A stretch of DNA of 64,000 bases, taken from assembly GCA_965153285.1 (NCBI GenBank), contig OZ229115.1. One strand, 5' to 3'. Of this stretch, positions 50,701 through 62,841 are shown piece after piece (the stretch's first letter is position 1; each line of letters begins with the position of its first letter). The translations under genes were made by a program, and so were the position numbers. Source of the stretch: Podarcis tiliguerta (Eukaryota). Below the pieces are notes generated by a model. The model saw only the letters and a list, made by a program, of their open reading frames with translations, searched no databases and was not told the origin of the DNA.

Positions 50701-52105
50701 ACAGCAATGGGTTTTTTGCAGTTAGGGAAGCAACAGGGAAACCCACTGAGAAATGTCAGATGAATGAATGATTAATGGGAAGATGTATAACTGCCACACA
50801 AATACAACCTCCCAGCAAACAAATCAGAACAAATGCCAAATAAAGACCAGATGTAATCTAAACTCCACATAAGTTTTGTGTAAGCAAATCAAGGGGAATA
50901 CTCAGTAGACAAGTCCTCTGGAGGACCTTCTGTCATTTGATGCTGCTGGTATATCGCTAACATGAATGAATGTTGCCCTTTTAGAACTGAGAAACTGCAG
51001 AATTGTAAACCTGATGAAGTAATCCAAATACAGGATAACTGCCAAATAATTTTTTTTTGTGGTCCGTGTTGATTTCTTGGTTTCTTTCTGCCTGTTCCAA
51101 GTACAATTCTAGACCTATTCACAGGCCAGCTCTACCATTGGGCAGGGTGAGATGGTTCAGGTGCTGCAGGGCAAAGAGCAGTGGTAGGACGACGTTGGAG
51201 GACAGAGTGGCATGTGCCACATGGCCCATCCTATTTTTTCCCTAAAGTAATCCTAATTTCATCTAAATTAGCCTGCTACTCTCAGGTGTGGTGGGAGATG
51301 CTGCCCTATCACCAGTGTTGGCATAAGATTCAGCTGGCAGTCTGGTTACCTTCTGTGCACAGAAGTGGGTGCCATCCTGTCTTTTGCTTCAGGCAGGAAA
51401 AGGTGTTGTGCCAGCCCTGCCCAGAGCTGTCTTTCCCATTGGTCTTAGTGGTTCGTTGTGCCAGGGCGCTGGCCTCTCAGGGGCGCCCTAGTGAGTGGAG
51501 GAGCTGTGCGGCTATGCCGGCAGCCTTCCCTTTCCCTGCATGCTCGCCAGCTGCGCCCCACCAACTATATGGCTGGCGGGTGCGCAGCTTCCCTCCCAAG
51601 CCTCTGCATCTGCTAAAGATGGCCCTGCTCCCGGTCATTGTCCTCCTCCTGCTTCCTGGCGAAAGGCAGCGCACAGCCTTCCCAGGCTGCCTTCTCGGAC
51701 ACCCAGGTGCTGGAGAGTTTGTCCGCCAGCACCTTTTCCTGCTTGATCATCGCCACCACGCTGGGGATCAGGGTGGTGGGGGAGGCAGAGGACATTTTCT
51801 ATCGCGCCCTCCCTTGTTTTGGAGTTGCTTGGGGGGGGCACCAGATGGATCTTTGCACCACGGTGCCAGATATGCTTAAGACGGCCCTGGCTTCACCTCT
51901 GTCACATCACCATTACATCCTGCATTGGGGCCCAACTTCTGTGTCAGGACCTTTGCTCATGTGGGATTCCTGCATGATTTACTAACATGAGTATAGAAGC
52001 CCCCTGCTGCAGAAGTCCAACCCCTAATGTGTGGAGGGCAGCAAACCTGATAACACAGAGGGGGCAGAGAGTGGCTGTCTAAGGGCAAGCAAGTAGTTAC
52101 AAATA

Positions 52106-52332
52106 CAGTGGTACCTCAGGTTACAGACGCTTCAGGTTACAGACTCCGCTAACCCAGAAATATTACCTCGGGTTAAGAACTTTGCTTCAGGATGAGAACA
52201 GAAATTGTGCTCCAGCGGCGTGGTGGTGGCAGGAGGCCCCATTAGCTAAAGTGGTACTTCAGTGGTAAGAACAGTTTCATGTTAAGAACGGACCTCCAGA
52301 ACGAATTAAGTTCTTAACCTGAGGTACCACTG
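52106..52332. mobile_element. Tc1/mariner-type MITE
   Basis: TA|CAGTGGTACCTCAGGTTA...TAACCTGAGGTACCACTG|TA. Confidence 0.88.
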
Positions 52333-52944
52333 TAGTGCCTTCTCTATGATGGCACAGCCCATGGAGTCTGCTTCCTATTTAAATTCACCAAGCCTTGATG
52401 TTTTTTGGGTTTAGGGATTTGGCCCAAATCTGAGTTTTTAGGAAGGCCTTCAGCTGGAAAGCATTTCTCCACTTATTATGAATATGTTAGAATTATTTTC
52501 CTTTTTCTTTACCTTTGCTTCGTTTTTCCTTGGTGTTGAGTTGTTTGTTAGTTTTGTCAATTTTGGATTTCTGTTCTTACGATTTTGCTATTTTCTGATG
52601 GTTGTCAATGTATTTTGTGGGGTTTTATTTTATCGCAAGAAGCTTAGAATTTCTCTTTTGGGGGGATAAAAAGCAGGATGTAAGTTTTAGATGAATATCA
52701 TTATTACTATTTTAGCAAACTTCTGAAACTTGAGACTGGGCTCATTCATACCTTGGCATCTCATGGAATAATGCTGCCTGTTCTTGCAGATGCTCAAAAC
52801 CAGAAGATAATAAATTAGGCTTCAGCCAGGGCGGCAGTATCTCAGGAGCTTTGTTTATTCAGAGACCCTGGTCATATCTTCCCTAAAAAAAAAAAATCTC
52901 TTTCTGAGAAATTGCTGGTGAACTAAGCCTTGAATGTGTTCTAA

Positions 52945-53110
52945 ACAGTGCTTTTTCTGGGGGGACGCGCCTTAGACATTTTGTGAATCTTTATACTTTT
53001 GTTCATTTACTGTATTTATTTTCCCCGATTTGAACTATAAAATGCTGATTTTCTTGAGTCAAAATGAGAGTACCCCCTAAACATTTTTTTTAAAAAGAAA
53101 ACAAACATTG
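52945..53110. mobile_element. Non-autonomous DNA element (CAGTGCTTTTT TIR)
   Basis: CAGTGCTTTTTCTGGGGGG...GAGTACCCCCTAAACATTTTTTT...AAACATTG. Confidence 0.55.
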
Positions 53111-53179
53111 GTTCTAAAAGTATGGTGTTGTGGATGTGCCCCCTGGGCTTTGAGATTTTGAAGGCAGGACATGTCCCCG

Positions 53180-53660
53180 CGCAGAAGCAGCATCTCCATT
53201 CTTTTTCCCCAGGCTGTTTCCTGTCCGATATATCAAAGCGCCCACGCTGCTGCGCGCTAGCTGGGCGGCGGAGGCGTAGCGGCTTCATCCCCGCGGAGCC
53301 TTTCGACGCGCGGTTTTACAGAGAGGTTTTTGCTCCAAGTGCTGTTTTATCCTTCAGGAGGCACGGAGAGCAGAAAAACGTGCCATGATGATAAGCGGCC
53401 AGGGTTTTTCTCCTCGAAATTGTTCGTTTCTTTTTTTAAAAAAAAGCAACCCTATCCATATTTGAGTGTTTTCTAATTCTCTTTTGGGTTTCCCCCCTCG
53501 CCGTCCCGTTAAAGATCTGTGCTGCTCCTAAATTTAAGGCGGGTGGCCGTGTTTGTTATAGAAAAAAACAAGAGGGTCTTCGAGCGTATATTCTCTTTGT
53601 TGTTGTAGTGGGATCATCGCTACCAGAAAAGCCACAGAGGTTGAAAAGTGCGTGGGTTTT
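53180..53660. promoter_or_regulatory. Orphan CpG-rich element between GPR25 and INAVA
   Basis: Dense CpG/CGCG cluster at 53226-53400 with no terminal inverted repeats or target-site duplication seen; ATCAAAG at 53232-53238. Confidence 0.4.
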
Positions 53661-54349
53661 TGTTTGTTTGAGTGGGGGAAGGTGTGCTTTAGGTTTTTTA
53701 AGGGAAAATATTTTATATTAATGTTACTATCCTGAACATACCTGCTCTGAAGTAAGTTTCCTTAACTTTTAAGTAAGCATGCTTAGCAATGCAGCTTTAT
53801 TTTAATGCAAACAACAAAGCTGAAATTGATTGTTGCATACAGTAATAGATTTTCGATGGATCATTGCACTGCATTCAACAAGCAGTGATTTGGGCTAATT
53901 CTTTTCTCTAAGTGCATTTAGCCTCAGAGCTAAATGCTAAGAACCTAAGTTTCAGCAAACCTTATGATAAACCTGTTTTAAAAAAAAATCAAAGTCTCTG
54001 TGAAAGTCTGTGTTTCATAATTAGTCAGTGCAGGTCTAAGAATCGGCATTTCTCCCACACCCCAGCCCAGTCATTTCTATTTCTTTTTTGGCAATAGAAA
54101 CTTGCTGTGTGTTTTTTTAAGCCTGGCTGCAGCCACACAGTACATTTAAAGCATATCTGCCCCTCCAAAATCCTGGGAACTGCAGTTTGTTAAAGCTGCT
54201 GGGAATTGTGCCAGAGTTGAAGAGCTTCCCCCCCTTATATTTACAAAACTTGTTTTATTTTTAAAGTCTGTTAGGAAAAGGGATAGCGTAACGTGAGTGG
54301 AGTTACACCATAACATGAAATGAGTTATCTCATATAAGGCCTGTACAGC

Positions 54350-54745
54350 TCAGGACCAGGCAAGGTGAGAGACTACCTTATTATGGTATCCCTTATATAC
54401 CCAGTAAGTCAGTGAGGTCTGCGGCAGAGCTTCTGCAGGTTCAAAAGATGTCAGAGGTCTGTTCCATGGTAACTGGAAGCAGCAAATTTGGTGCAGCTGC
54501 CTCTGTTCTTCAGAATAGTATGAGATATGTCAGGCACCTATTCTCTGCACTTTCTGGAAACAACTGAAGACCTTTTTGTCTGATAGGCTTTCCCAGCTAG
54601 ATGAATGGGTCTCTGGCATGAGTGCCTATTTTGTAATGTATTGTTTCTTAAATATATCTGTGGTGCTTTTAAAACGCTTTTTGCTGTTTTAATTGTACAT
54701 CACATTGAGATGCTTGTATATGGTGATGAATAACAACAAGAATAT
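54350..54745 (+). mobile_element. Old L2 LINE 3' fragment
   Basis: Same layout as 8480-8930 (CAGGACCAGG...CTGAAGACCTTTTTGT...TTTTAA..TTGTAC). Confidence 0.5.
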
Positions 54746-55431
54746 TAAATACATTTCAAGCACATCCCCTCAAAGAATCCTGAGAACTGTAGTTTACCCC
54801 ACACAGAGCTATAATTCCCAGCACCCTTTAACTACAGTTCCCAGGATTCTTCAGGTGGGGGGAGCTTTGAATATACTTTAAAGGTACATTAAAGGTATAT
54901 AGCTTAAGAATTAAATATGTGCCCCTGTTTCAATAGGAAATAGGTGTATGCGTATTATGTGTGAAGAACATGTAATTGCATGTGGGACTAGCCTTGCCCA
55001 CTCTTGAAATGTGACCCCCAGCAGCTGTCCACTGTGGTAATATTGTCCTCAACCTCAAAAACACTCACCCTTGCGTTATGGCTTCAAGCTGGCCAGTCTC
55101 CCCACCCCACCCCATTTTCCTTTTAGTTGACACCTTCAACATTTCATGACTTAGCTGCTCTCAGCCATAGACTTGAATTATGTGAAAGGTAGTCTTGAAT
55201 TTATTGTTGTGTGAAGAGTTTTCCTGCTTTTGGTTAAGGAACAAGGTCACACAAATTTGCAGAGTTATATATTTTTAAAACAAAATTAAGAAAGCTTACT
55301 GTAAGAAACCCAGACTTCAGGGGAACAAAACTGTTTGAAAAATTAAATTAGAACAGCTTCATCATGGTAACAGGACATTTAAAACAAAACAAAATAAAAT
55401 GCATAGTTTTTGTTTAGTTAAACATACAATG

Positions 55432-55437
55432 TTTATT
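55432..55437 (-). terminator. GPR25: GPR25 polyadenylation signal (AATAAA)
   Basis: TTTATT on the plus strand ~600 nt past the stop codon, followed on the minus strand by a U/GU-rich tract. Confidence 0.6.
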
Positions 55438-56030
55438 GCTTTTTTGGCAGGTGGTTTTTCACATTATTGCTTCAAATAATATTTGCTATAGAATTACACA
55501 ACAACTTTTTTCATCTTCCTTCTCTATTCATTTAAGCATATTTTCAATCAAGGATCAACAGCTGTTCATCAAACTAGTAAAAGCTACATGAAATCTAGAT
55601 ATGGGGAGATAAGCAGATGGCAAGCAACTGTACATACAGCTAAAAGCATTCACTTTTCACCAGCATATATTACTGTAATTGCAACTATTTAAATATATAA
55701 TACCACCACTTTAGACAGCTGAAATCATTTTATGAAGTCTTACATAGGTTAAATCTGCCTTCTTATTGTGCAGTAGCAATTGGTGGGCAATTTACATAAG
55801 TGGGAGTTGATTTTATGCATTTGATATACATGTTTGGATAACTGAATTCTACCTCCTTGATATTACTGTGATTTACATGAAATGGTCAGAATCTTTATAC
55901 CCATTCCTTTGGCATACTTAGTACAGGCTTCTAACTCATCTCCCTGCGCTCCTTTCCCCAACTAGCATAGCCCAGAAATCTTGCTGGCTTTTCACAGCAG
56001 TCCAGCCAACATTATACCACTTTTGGAGGC

Positions 56031-57152
56031 TTACAAACCTACCCCATTGCTCTCTGGGTCTCCTACCCGAGCTGATGTTGCTGGTGTGGGCTTCTTCCTG
56101 CTGGCAAATAGGAGGCTCGTGTCTGTGGATGAAAAGGACAGGGCTGAACTTTGCACATTTTCCCTTTTGCTGCAGAAAGCAGGGAAATGCTTCAGGGCCT
56201 GCTGTCGGAATTGCTGATCCATAAAGACATAGATGATAGGGTTAACACAGCTGTTTGCGAATGCCAGGCAAGCACTGATGGTCAGCCCCCACGTGAGAGC
56301 CATCATTGCTGAGCAGCGGAGATGGATGTCCTGGGCCATGGTGAAGACGAAGAATGCCTTTAACACGTTGAAGGGCAGCCAAGAACAGATGAATGCTCCA
56401 ACGATGGCAAAGATGATCTTGAGGGCATTGTTTCTCCTCTTGCCTAGGTGGACATGGCTCCGAAGCTTGGAGAAGATAGAGCAGTAGCAGAACAAGATTA
56501 CTCCCAAAGGCAGGAGGAAGGTCAAGATGAGCATGATCAAGCTGAAGGTGGGGGAGGGCTCGTCATGGCACAAATACTTGTCATCCACCGGGTTCAACTT
56601 TCTGTAGAATAGAGATGGCATCCCCAGCAGAAGGGAGAACACCCAGATGCAACCACAGCTCATAGCTATGCTCTTCTTGGTGCTGATGGTCCTGGAATCC
56701 CACTGCTTGGTCATCACGAGGAAGCGTTCCACACTCATGCCCATCAGGAACAAGATGCTAGAGCAACGGTTCACAGTGATGGCGTAGCTACTCAACTTGC
56801 ATAGCCCCTCGCCAAAGCACCAGTAACCGAGGGCTTTTGATACAGCCCAGAAAGGCAGGGTGCATACGAAGACCAGGTCAGCCACGGCCAGGTTGAGGAC
56901 AAAGGTGTCCACGAGCCTCTTCCGGCCTTCCTTTCGTGCCATCAACAGGATCACAAAGAGGTTCCCGAAGAAACCAATGAGGAAAGTAATGTAGTAGACG
57001 GTGGGGATAAAGATATAGGCAAATGGCAGTTCTTGCAGGTGGCAAGTGTCATAATTCACCAGGTCACCATAATTGTCTATAGCGGATGACTCATAATCTC
57101 CGCTCCAGGTTTCAGTCATCGATGATCCAGTCACCATCTGAGCAGGTTCCAT
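56031..57152 (-). CDS. GPR25: G protein-coupled receptor 25 (class A, 7TM), intronless CDS, 373 aa; alternative starts at 57137 or 57119
   Basis: GN (TM1), LAVADL, TLPFW, WCFGEGLCKLSS, MSVERF, CSWLPF, LAFANSCVNPIIY. KRLVDTFVLNLA corresponds to GPR25 RRLVDTFVLHLA; adjacent to INAVA as in human. Confidence 0.95.
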   Translation of the reverse strand: MEPAQMVTGSSMTETWSGDYESSAIDNYGDLVNYDTCHLQELPFAYIFIPTVYYITFLIGFFGNLFVILLMARKEGRKRLVDTFVLNLAVADLVFVCTLPFWAVSKALGYWCFGEGLCKLSSYAITVNRCSSILFLMGMSVERFLVMTKQWDSRTISTKKSIAMSCGCIWVFSLLLGMPSLFYRKLNPVDDKYLCHDEPSPTFSLIMLILTFLLPLGVILFCYCSIFSKLRSHVHLGKRRNNALKIIFAIVGAFICSWLPFNVLKAFFVFTMAQDIHLRCSAMMALTWGLTISACLAFANSCVNPIIYVFMDQQFRQQALKHFPAFCSKRENVQSSALSFSSTDTSLLFASRKKPTPATSARVGDPESNGVGL

Positions 57153-59052
57153 CTCTTGTCAAGGACCAACCAAAGAGTGTTAAGTTGCTGCTATTGCATA
57201 GGCTGGCCAAAGCACTATGATCTGTAACAGGCTGGGTGTCTTTCTTTTTTAAAAAAAAAAATGGAGAAGTTGTTTTCTTGTTGGTTTTAACGATCTGTGG
57301 TGACTTCCTTTTGTTTTCAAGAAGAGTTAAAGGGTGGGGCCAAGCTAGAAGGTATCAGATCAACCTAATTTTGGAAACCCAAGATTGCAGAAAGTGGGTA
57401 TTGGCATTCCTGGGTGTGGTCAGGGGCACATACGCAATCAGTGGTGTGGAGTGTGCCACGATGTGCAAACTCAATGACAACTTCTTTTCTCGTTGCAGAA
57501 TTTTGATTTTATTTTTTTAAGTGCGATGAATCACTGGCCATAAACATGCACAAAACTTTTAGATGGAGATGTTAGTATCTATAATGGATTTGAATATATA
57601 GTTTTATATATGTTTTTATTAAATAGCATTGTTTTCAGGATGCCTCATGTGAAGTGATTCTTAAACAAAATGATCATCATATACAAAATTGTTTGTCTTC
57701 ACACAGAGTATAATGTCAAGCTCTGCTCTTTGACACTACTGCTGTATTTGCAATAGGGTTTCCACCTGAGCTCTCAAATCTATTAAACTGCTAGTGTTAA
57801 ATTAGGTGCCAGGCAAAAACCCAAGCTTTTGGCTTATTAAACAACTGATGGCTTTTTAAAGTGTATGAGGGTGAATGTATTGCTTTTCTTTGTTACTGGG
57901 GTATGTGCTTTGTGTTTTTATATTGTCAACCGCCCTGTGATCTTCAGAGGACGGGCGGTATAGAAAGAAGAAGAAGAAGAAAACAAGTGTTGCCTGAAAT
58001 CACCAGAAGAAAATGCCCTTCTTAAACCTTATGTTTTCCCACAAATCCTTCATGTTTCCTCTCCTGCTTCCTGCTCATTATGTTAAAATAAGGCCCTGGA
58101 CATCTGTCCCCAAATCCTGCCTTGATGGCACCACTGGATGTGGGACACAGGTCTGAGGCTGACTGCCCATTGGGAAGATCAGGTTTCTTCCCATAGTACT
58201 ATGGGAGGATTGAAAGAGCATCTTTAACGAATGCAAACATTTCTGAGAGGCTGGTTTGTTTTCCTTTTAAGGTACTGGAGAGCCAACAACTCAAAAGCAT
58301 TTAAGTTCACCAGATTGCTTTTCTGTGGTGTTTGAATTTAGCGTCAACAAAACTAAAGCTATCAGCTTCAAGGAAGGGGCACTCCAGTTTCAGCTGCCAC
58401 GGCAAAACTGCAGGTACCCTATTAAAAGTGAATCCCAATGAATCTGCTTGTTAGTGTATTTTAATGCCCTAGGAAAGGAATAACCGAAGGCTGACTCTGC
58501 ACTGAGAAAAGAAGATTTACATATACTTCATATATGTATACTACATATCCAGACTGTTACATGGGTGTTTTTTAAAAAAATAATAAAATCACCAAACAGA
58601 ATATACTGGTACTTAAGATGAGGAAAGAAGCACTGGGCAAGGCAACATCGGCTGTTTGGCCCACATTCCTGCCCATTCAGATACCTAACCACTGAAGCCC
58701 ACCGCTCATTATGGTTCTGTGGGGCTAAGGTTGGCTAACACATCTGCTCTGCTTCAGGACAGGCACTTCCTTTGGTTATTTCCACAACTAAAGCTGGGAA
58801 ATCTCTCTTCTCCCCACCTGTGTGTGACCTCACTGTACATGATTTAAGTGCAATATAGGTGTTCACTGTGCCTCCTATACATGAGCATACCCTTTGCCCC
58901 ACCCCAGATATTAGATCCTTGGATAGATGTTTTTTTTCTGAGCTCATCTAGAAGTATGGTGGTCATTTACACATTGCCAAAGTGGATGAAATTTGTCACC
59001 CACACACCAAAAGGACAAAGATAGATTTGCATGTGCTAATTTGTATTCCCTT

Positions 59053-59160
59053 TTGAGAAGGACCTTAGCTTAGTGGTAGAGCAGCTGATTTGCATGCAGA
59101 AGGGCCAAGGTCCAATCCTTGACATCTCTCCAGGTAGGCCTGGTAAAGATTGCCCTCTTC
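59053..59160 (+). mobile_element. tRNA-derived SINE 5' part
   Basis: TAGCTTAGTGGTAGAGCAGCTGATTTGCATGCAGAAGG...CAATCC. Confidence 0.65.
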
Positions 59161-60303
59161 TCCCTGCTTTGTCTTCAAACTGGGCTTGGACTGGCCAGCC
59201 CACCCAACAGAGGATGCCTTCAAAGAGAGGAGTGTGAAAGGGCGCATGGGCAGCCTGTCTCGAAGAGAGATCTATATAAATGATGAATAATGAGAGCAAT
59301 AAGTGTAACGTATGCTGAAACCAACTGATGGCAGCGTCTCCAGATGAACAGGTCAAATAGCAGCATGAACTGTAACTCACCTCCTGCTAGCAATTTCGTT
59401 GTGGTTCTTACCAGTACTCCCGGATAAGATAAACAACCAGTCCTGCCTCCACACCTGCATTTTTGATTCTTTGCCCGGCTAAGCTTGCATTTTGAACTCT
59501 TTGCCAGGCTAAGGAAGCTTCCCAACCCTTTCCCACCATCTCAAACCATCCCAAGTTCATCCGCCTGTTATTTGTGCCTCTACTTGAGTATCTCACCACC
59601 CTTAATGCTTTTCTCCTGGATAGTGACCTGTGAGACACTTGAAATCGTTCCCTTAATTCTATAAGTAGGAAATTGAGGACAGCAGAAAACACTATCTGGC
59701 GTATATTATAGATCCATGATCCTAATACAGCTGCAAACATGTATCTCCCCACTAGACCATTCATGTTTCTCCATGCCAAAGTTAGCTTTAATGGTGGGTT
59801 ATATCTCAATCTAAGCATAGAAAATTTGACACTGGAGCTATCAGGTAAGAGTATTATCAACTTTTTTACAAAGAGAAAAGAGAGGCCTGGATCAGGTGAG
59901 AGCCTAGTAAGGCTTGGAATGCAAAAAAGAAAAGAAGAAGAGTGTTTTCTTTGTAATGATGCATTACTGAATAGCAAAACAAACAACAAACAACCCTCCC
60001 CCCCTAAAAAAACTAAAAAGGCAGCCATGCCAAGTCACCGCCTCCACTGCAGATTCCAATCTGCCCTTTCATCTCCATGTTTCCTTAACTGTCATGGCTG
60101 AATGACAACCAGCCTCCACCCAAAGCCACCACGAGGCTAGTCCTTGCTTCCGACTTTCTCCAGCTGCCCAGTGCCTGAGGTTAACCTGAGCAGGGGCTCT
60201 GCAGGCCAGCAAGGGGAGGCTGTGATGCATCTTAGGATTCCTCCGTGTGATCTTCCATCAAGGAGCCATTCGGATAGAAACTGCACTTGCGGTCACCTGG
60301 CTC

Positions 60304-60420
60304 TCATGTCTGCCTGATGTCCGTTTCTGTAGACAGCTTTATCTTCCTCAGGCTCTCTTTGACGAGGATGAACTCAGGCCGGCCATCTTGCTCGCCCTTC
60401 AAGACCAGCTCCCTTTCATA
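60304..60420 (-). CDS. FAM107-family gene, last coding exon: YERELVLKGEQDGRPEFILVKESLRKIKLSTETDIRQT*
   Basis: Acceptor CCTTTACAG|TAT, phase 0. PEFxxVKxxLR is the FAM107 (DUF1151) C-terminal motif. Not in the ORF track. Confidence 0.88.
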   Translation of the reverse strand, partial: YERELVLKGEQDGRPEFILVKESLRKIKLSTETDIRQT

Positions 60421-60669
60421 CTGTAAAGGAGGGGAAATGTTCAACATCTTTTCATTGGTTCTAGCCAGAGAGACAATTCTGCACAGACATGAGGCTGCAG
60501 CCTATTGCAAAACCAACGCCCCTATTGTTTGATTAAATGAAAGTCGTACACTCACACCTGAGCTTCATTGACACTGGATTTAGCAGCAGTTTTGATAGGA
60601 CTGAAAATGCTTGAGGGAGGCATTGCTCCCCATGGTTTACACACACACACACACACACAATATGACTTC

Positions 60670-60990
60670 CCTTCCACCCTTTTCCTGGTTCCTTTGCTTT
60701 TCTACTACTGCACTTAATCCACATCTTTTTAATCATCCAATTTGTTACCTATTAAATACTCTATTTCAACTCTGCTGGATTTACTCGAGACCTGCTAAGC
60801 TATGTTTTTGCTTATATTGGTTCTTAAAATATTCAGTAAACATTGTCCATTCCTCCTTGTATTCCTTATCTTCATTTTTTCTTATCCTGTTCTTCAGACC
60901 AGCCAGTTCAGCATATTCAAACGTTTTACACTTCCTTTCTTCCTCAGTGGGTACTATACTTGCTCTCCACCTTTGTGTCCCATTGTCACT
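60670..60990 (-). mobile_element. L1 LINE 3' fragment in a FAM107-like intron
   Basis: QRWR...VPTEEE..K..EYAELA.L...I......Y.EEW..F.EY.K, the same ORF2 end as 36292. Confidence 0.75.
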
Positions 60991-61490
60991 TCTGATTAAA
61001 ACTGATTTGGTATGTTTTTGAAACAGTAAAAACACAGCAATATCTGCTTACCAGAAGGGAAGAGGTGCTTGGAGGACAGGGTCTGCGTAATATCAAAACT
61101 GTGTGTGTGTTTGGGCCTGGAAGGAGAACTGGCTATCTTTACTTCTGAAGATGAACGATGGAGAAGGAACTGAGAGAGGAGATGCTGGTCACACCTGAGG
61201 GGAAGGCTGCCACAAGGGAGAAGGGTTCTATACAATGTAGATACTACATCCCCTAATAATCCTGGGAACTGTAGTTTAAGGGTGCTGGGAATTGTATCTC
61301 TGTGGGGGTAAAATGGATTCTTTGTGATTAGATGCTGTTTTTGCTAGGAAGACAAATAAGCCTTGATGAGCTGGGTGTGTGTTAGGGATTAATAATATGG
61401 ACTGATCACAGTAGGATGAAGGAGGTTATAAGACAAACTTGATGTTGTGATACATCCAGAAAAACTAAATGGGGAACGGATGGTAAAGAC

Positions 61491-61635
61491 CTGGTCAAGC
61501 TTCTGCTGTCGTTTTCTTAGCTCTTCTTCCAGATCTGTCAAGGGCTTTTGGGTTTCTTCCTGCTGCTTCAGCTGCTTGATTCTTCTGGCTTCTAGAACTC
61601 TCTGAAGCTCAGGCTTGTGTTCTGGAAGGATCCCC
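61491..61635 (-). CDS. FAM107-family gene, middle exon: (R)GILPEHKPELQRVLEARRIKQLKQQEETQKPLTDLEEELRKRQQKLDQ
   Basis: Acceptor TTCTGTAG|G, donor CAG|GTCTTT, phase 2-0. KPELQRVLE and DLExELxKRQQKL motifs. Confidence 0.9.
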
Positions 61636-62017
61636 CTACAGAAAGGACAACACAGCACAAAAGCAGAAGTTGATGAGCCTTTCTTCTCTTCCACAATGCC
61701 TGTCATTCTACACCCCCTCCTTCATCCCATTGACTTTCACCAGATTCCATGATAACCCAGGGTTCTCCTAACTTATCAGACCTATGAAGAACTAAATATG
61801 GGCTCTGTAAGAATTGGACTGTTATATTCCAAGCCCTCCTCCTCCAGTGCCTAGTCAAGTTGATTGGGAGTCCCAGTGTGGTTTCTCTCCTGTGTATTGG
61901 GCAAAAATCCCTTTCTTATTTGGCTTAGTGGATACCCCGAGTCGCCATACTAGATGCTAGATTTAAGTGCTTTTGAGAGATATCTCATGGACCCACACCC
62001 AATGGAGATTGTGCTAC

Positions 62018-62358
62018 TAAACCACAGAGCCTAGGGCTTGCCAATCGGAAGGCTGGCAGTTCGAATCCCCACGACGGGGTGAGCTCCCATTGTTCGGTCC
62101 CAGCTCCTGCCAACCTAGAAGTTCGAAAGCACATCAAAGTACAAGTAGATAAATAGGTACGGCTCTGGCGGGAAGGTAAATGGCGTTTCCGTGCGCTGCT
62201 CTGGTTCGCCAGAAGTGGCTTAGTCATGCTGGCCACATGAACTGGATGCTGTCTGCGGACAAACGCCGGCTCCCTCGGCCTATAGAGCAAGATGAGCGTG
62301 CAACCTCAGAGTCGTCCACAACTGGACCTAACGGTCCTTACCTTACCTTTACCTTTAC
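62018..62358 (+). mobile_element. Sauria SINE (5'-truncated) in a FAM107-like intron
   Basis: AAACCACAGAGCCTAGGG...GTAGATAAATAGGTAC...(ACCTT)n tail. Confidence 0.9.
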
Positions 62359-62693
62359 TTATAACTATGACAACTCTACCCATGAAAAAGAGGACACATC
62401 CTGGAAAAAGAGGACATATGGCAACCCTCTGGAATCTCCTAGGTTCTACACCACCCTGGTATGATTCAGAGCAGCCCATGCCCTCTGGCAGCCTTGGATT
62501 CTCACGCCAACGGTCATGTAAGATTGAGTTGATTCCCCGCCTTGTTCCCAATGCAGATCTTCACTCAACTTTTCTTCCCTGGCCAGGGAGGCACCATTTT
62601 GTGGTACACCTCAGGGGCCAATGCATGGTATGTTCTCTGTTCAAAGCTTTAGTGCCTAAACTACTGCAATTCCTGGATTAAAGACACTCTCAC

Positions 62694-62841
62694 CTCCTCT
62701 GAGTGAAAATCAGTTCCCGGTGTAACTCGCGATGGTGCTTGGACTCCCTCACTGGGTTTGGCAGTTTCTTAGGCTCAATGAGGCTCCTGTGGCTTTCAGA
62801 TGCCTGGTAGGTGCCATGCTCAAAGCTTCTGCTGTCTCCTT
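62694..62841 (-). CDS. FAM107-family gene, exon with LIEPKKLPNPVRESKHHRELHRELIFTQRR
   Basis: Acceptor GTTCCAG|AA (phase 1), donor GAG|GTGAGA (phase 2). Resembles FAM107A [30 protein letters not shown]. Confidence 0.88.

Noticed and set aside
51181-51985. 232-aa ORF and GC-rich block
   Set aside because: Low-information peptide. The right edge CTTAAGACGGCCCTG looks like a DNA-element TIR, so it is probably a non-autonomous transposon; I could not define the left end.
59408-60028. 206-aa minus-strand ORF between FAM107-like and GPR25
   Set aside because: No motif or family match and starts in low-complexity sequence; most simply FAM107-like 3' UTR or intergenic DNA.
17840-60300. Remnant FERM-domain exons that would make INAVA a full FRMD4-type gene
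   Set aside because: I saw no FERM-like peptide in the ORF track or by eye. Short exons could be missed; tblastn with FRMD4A would settle it.
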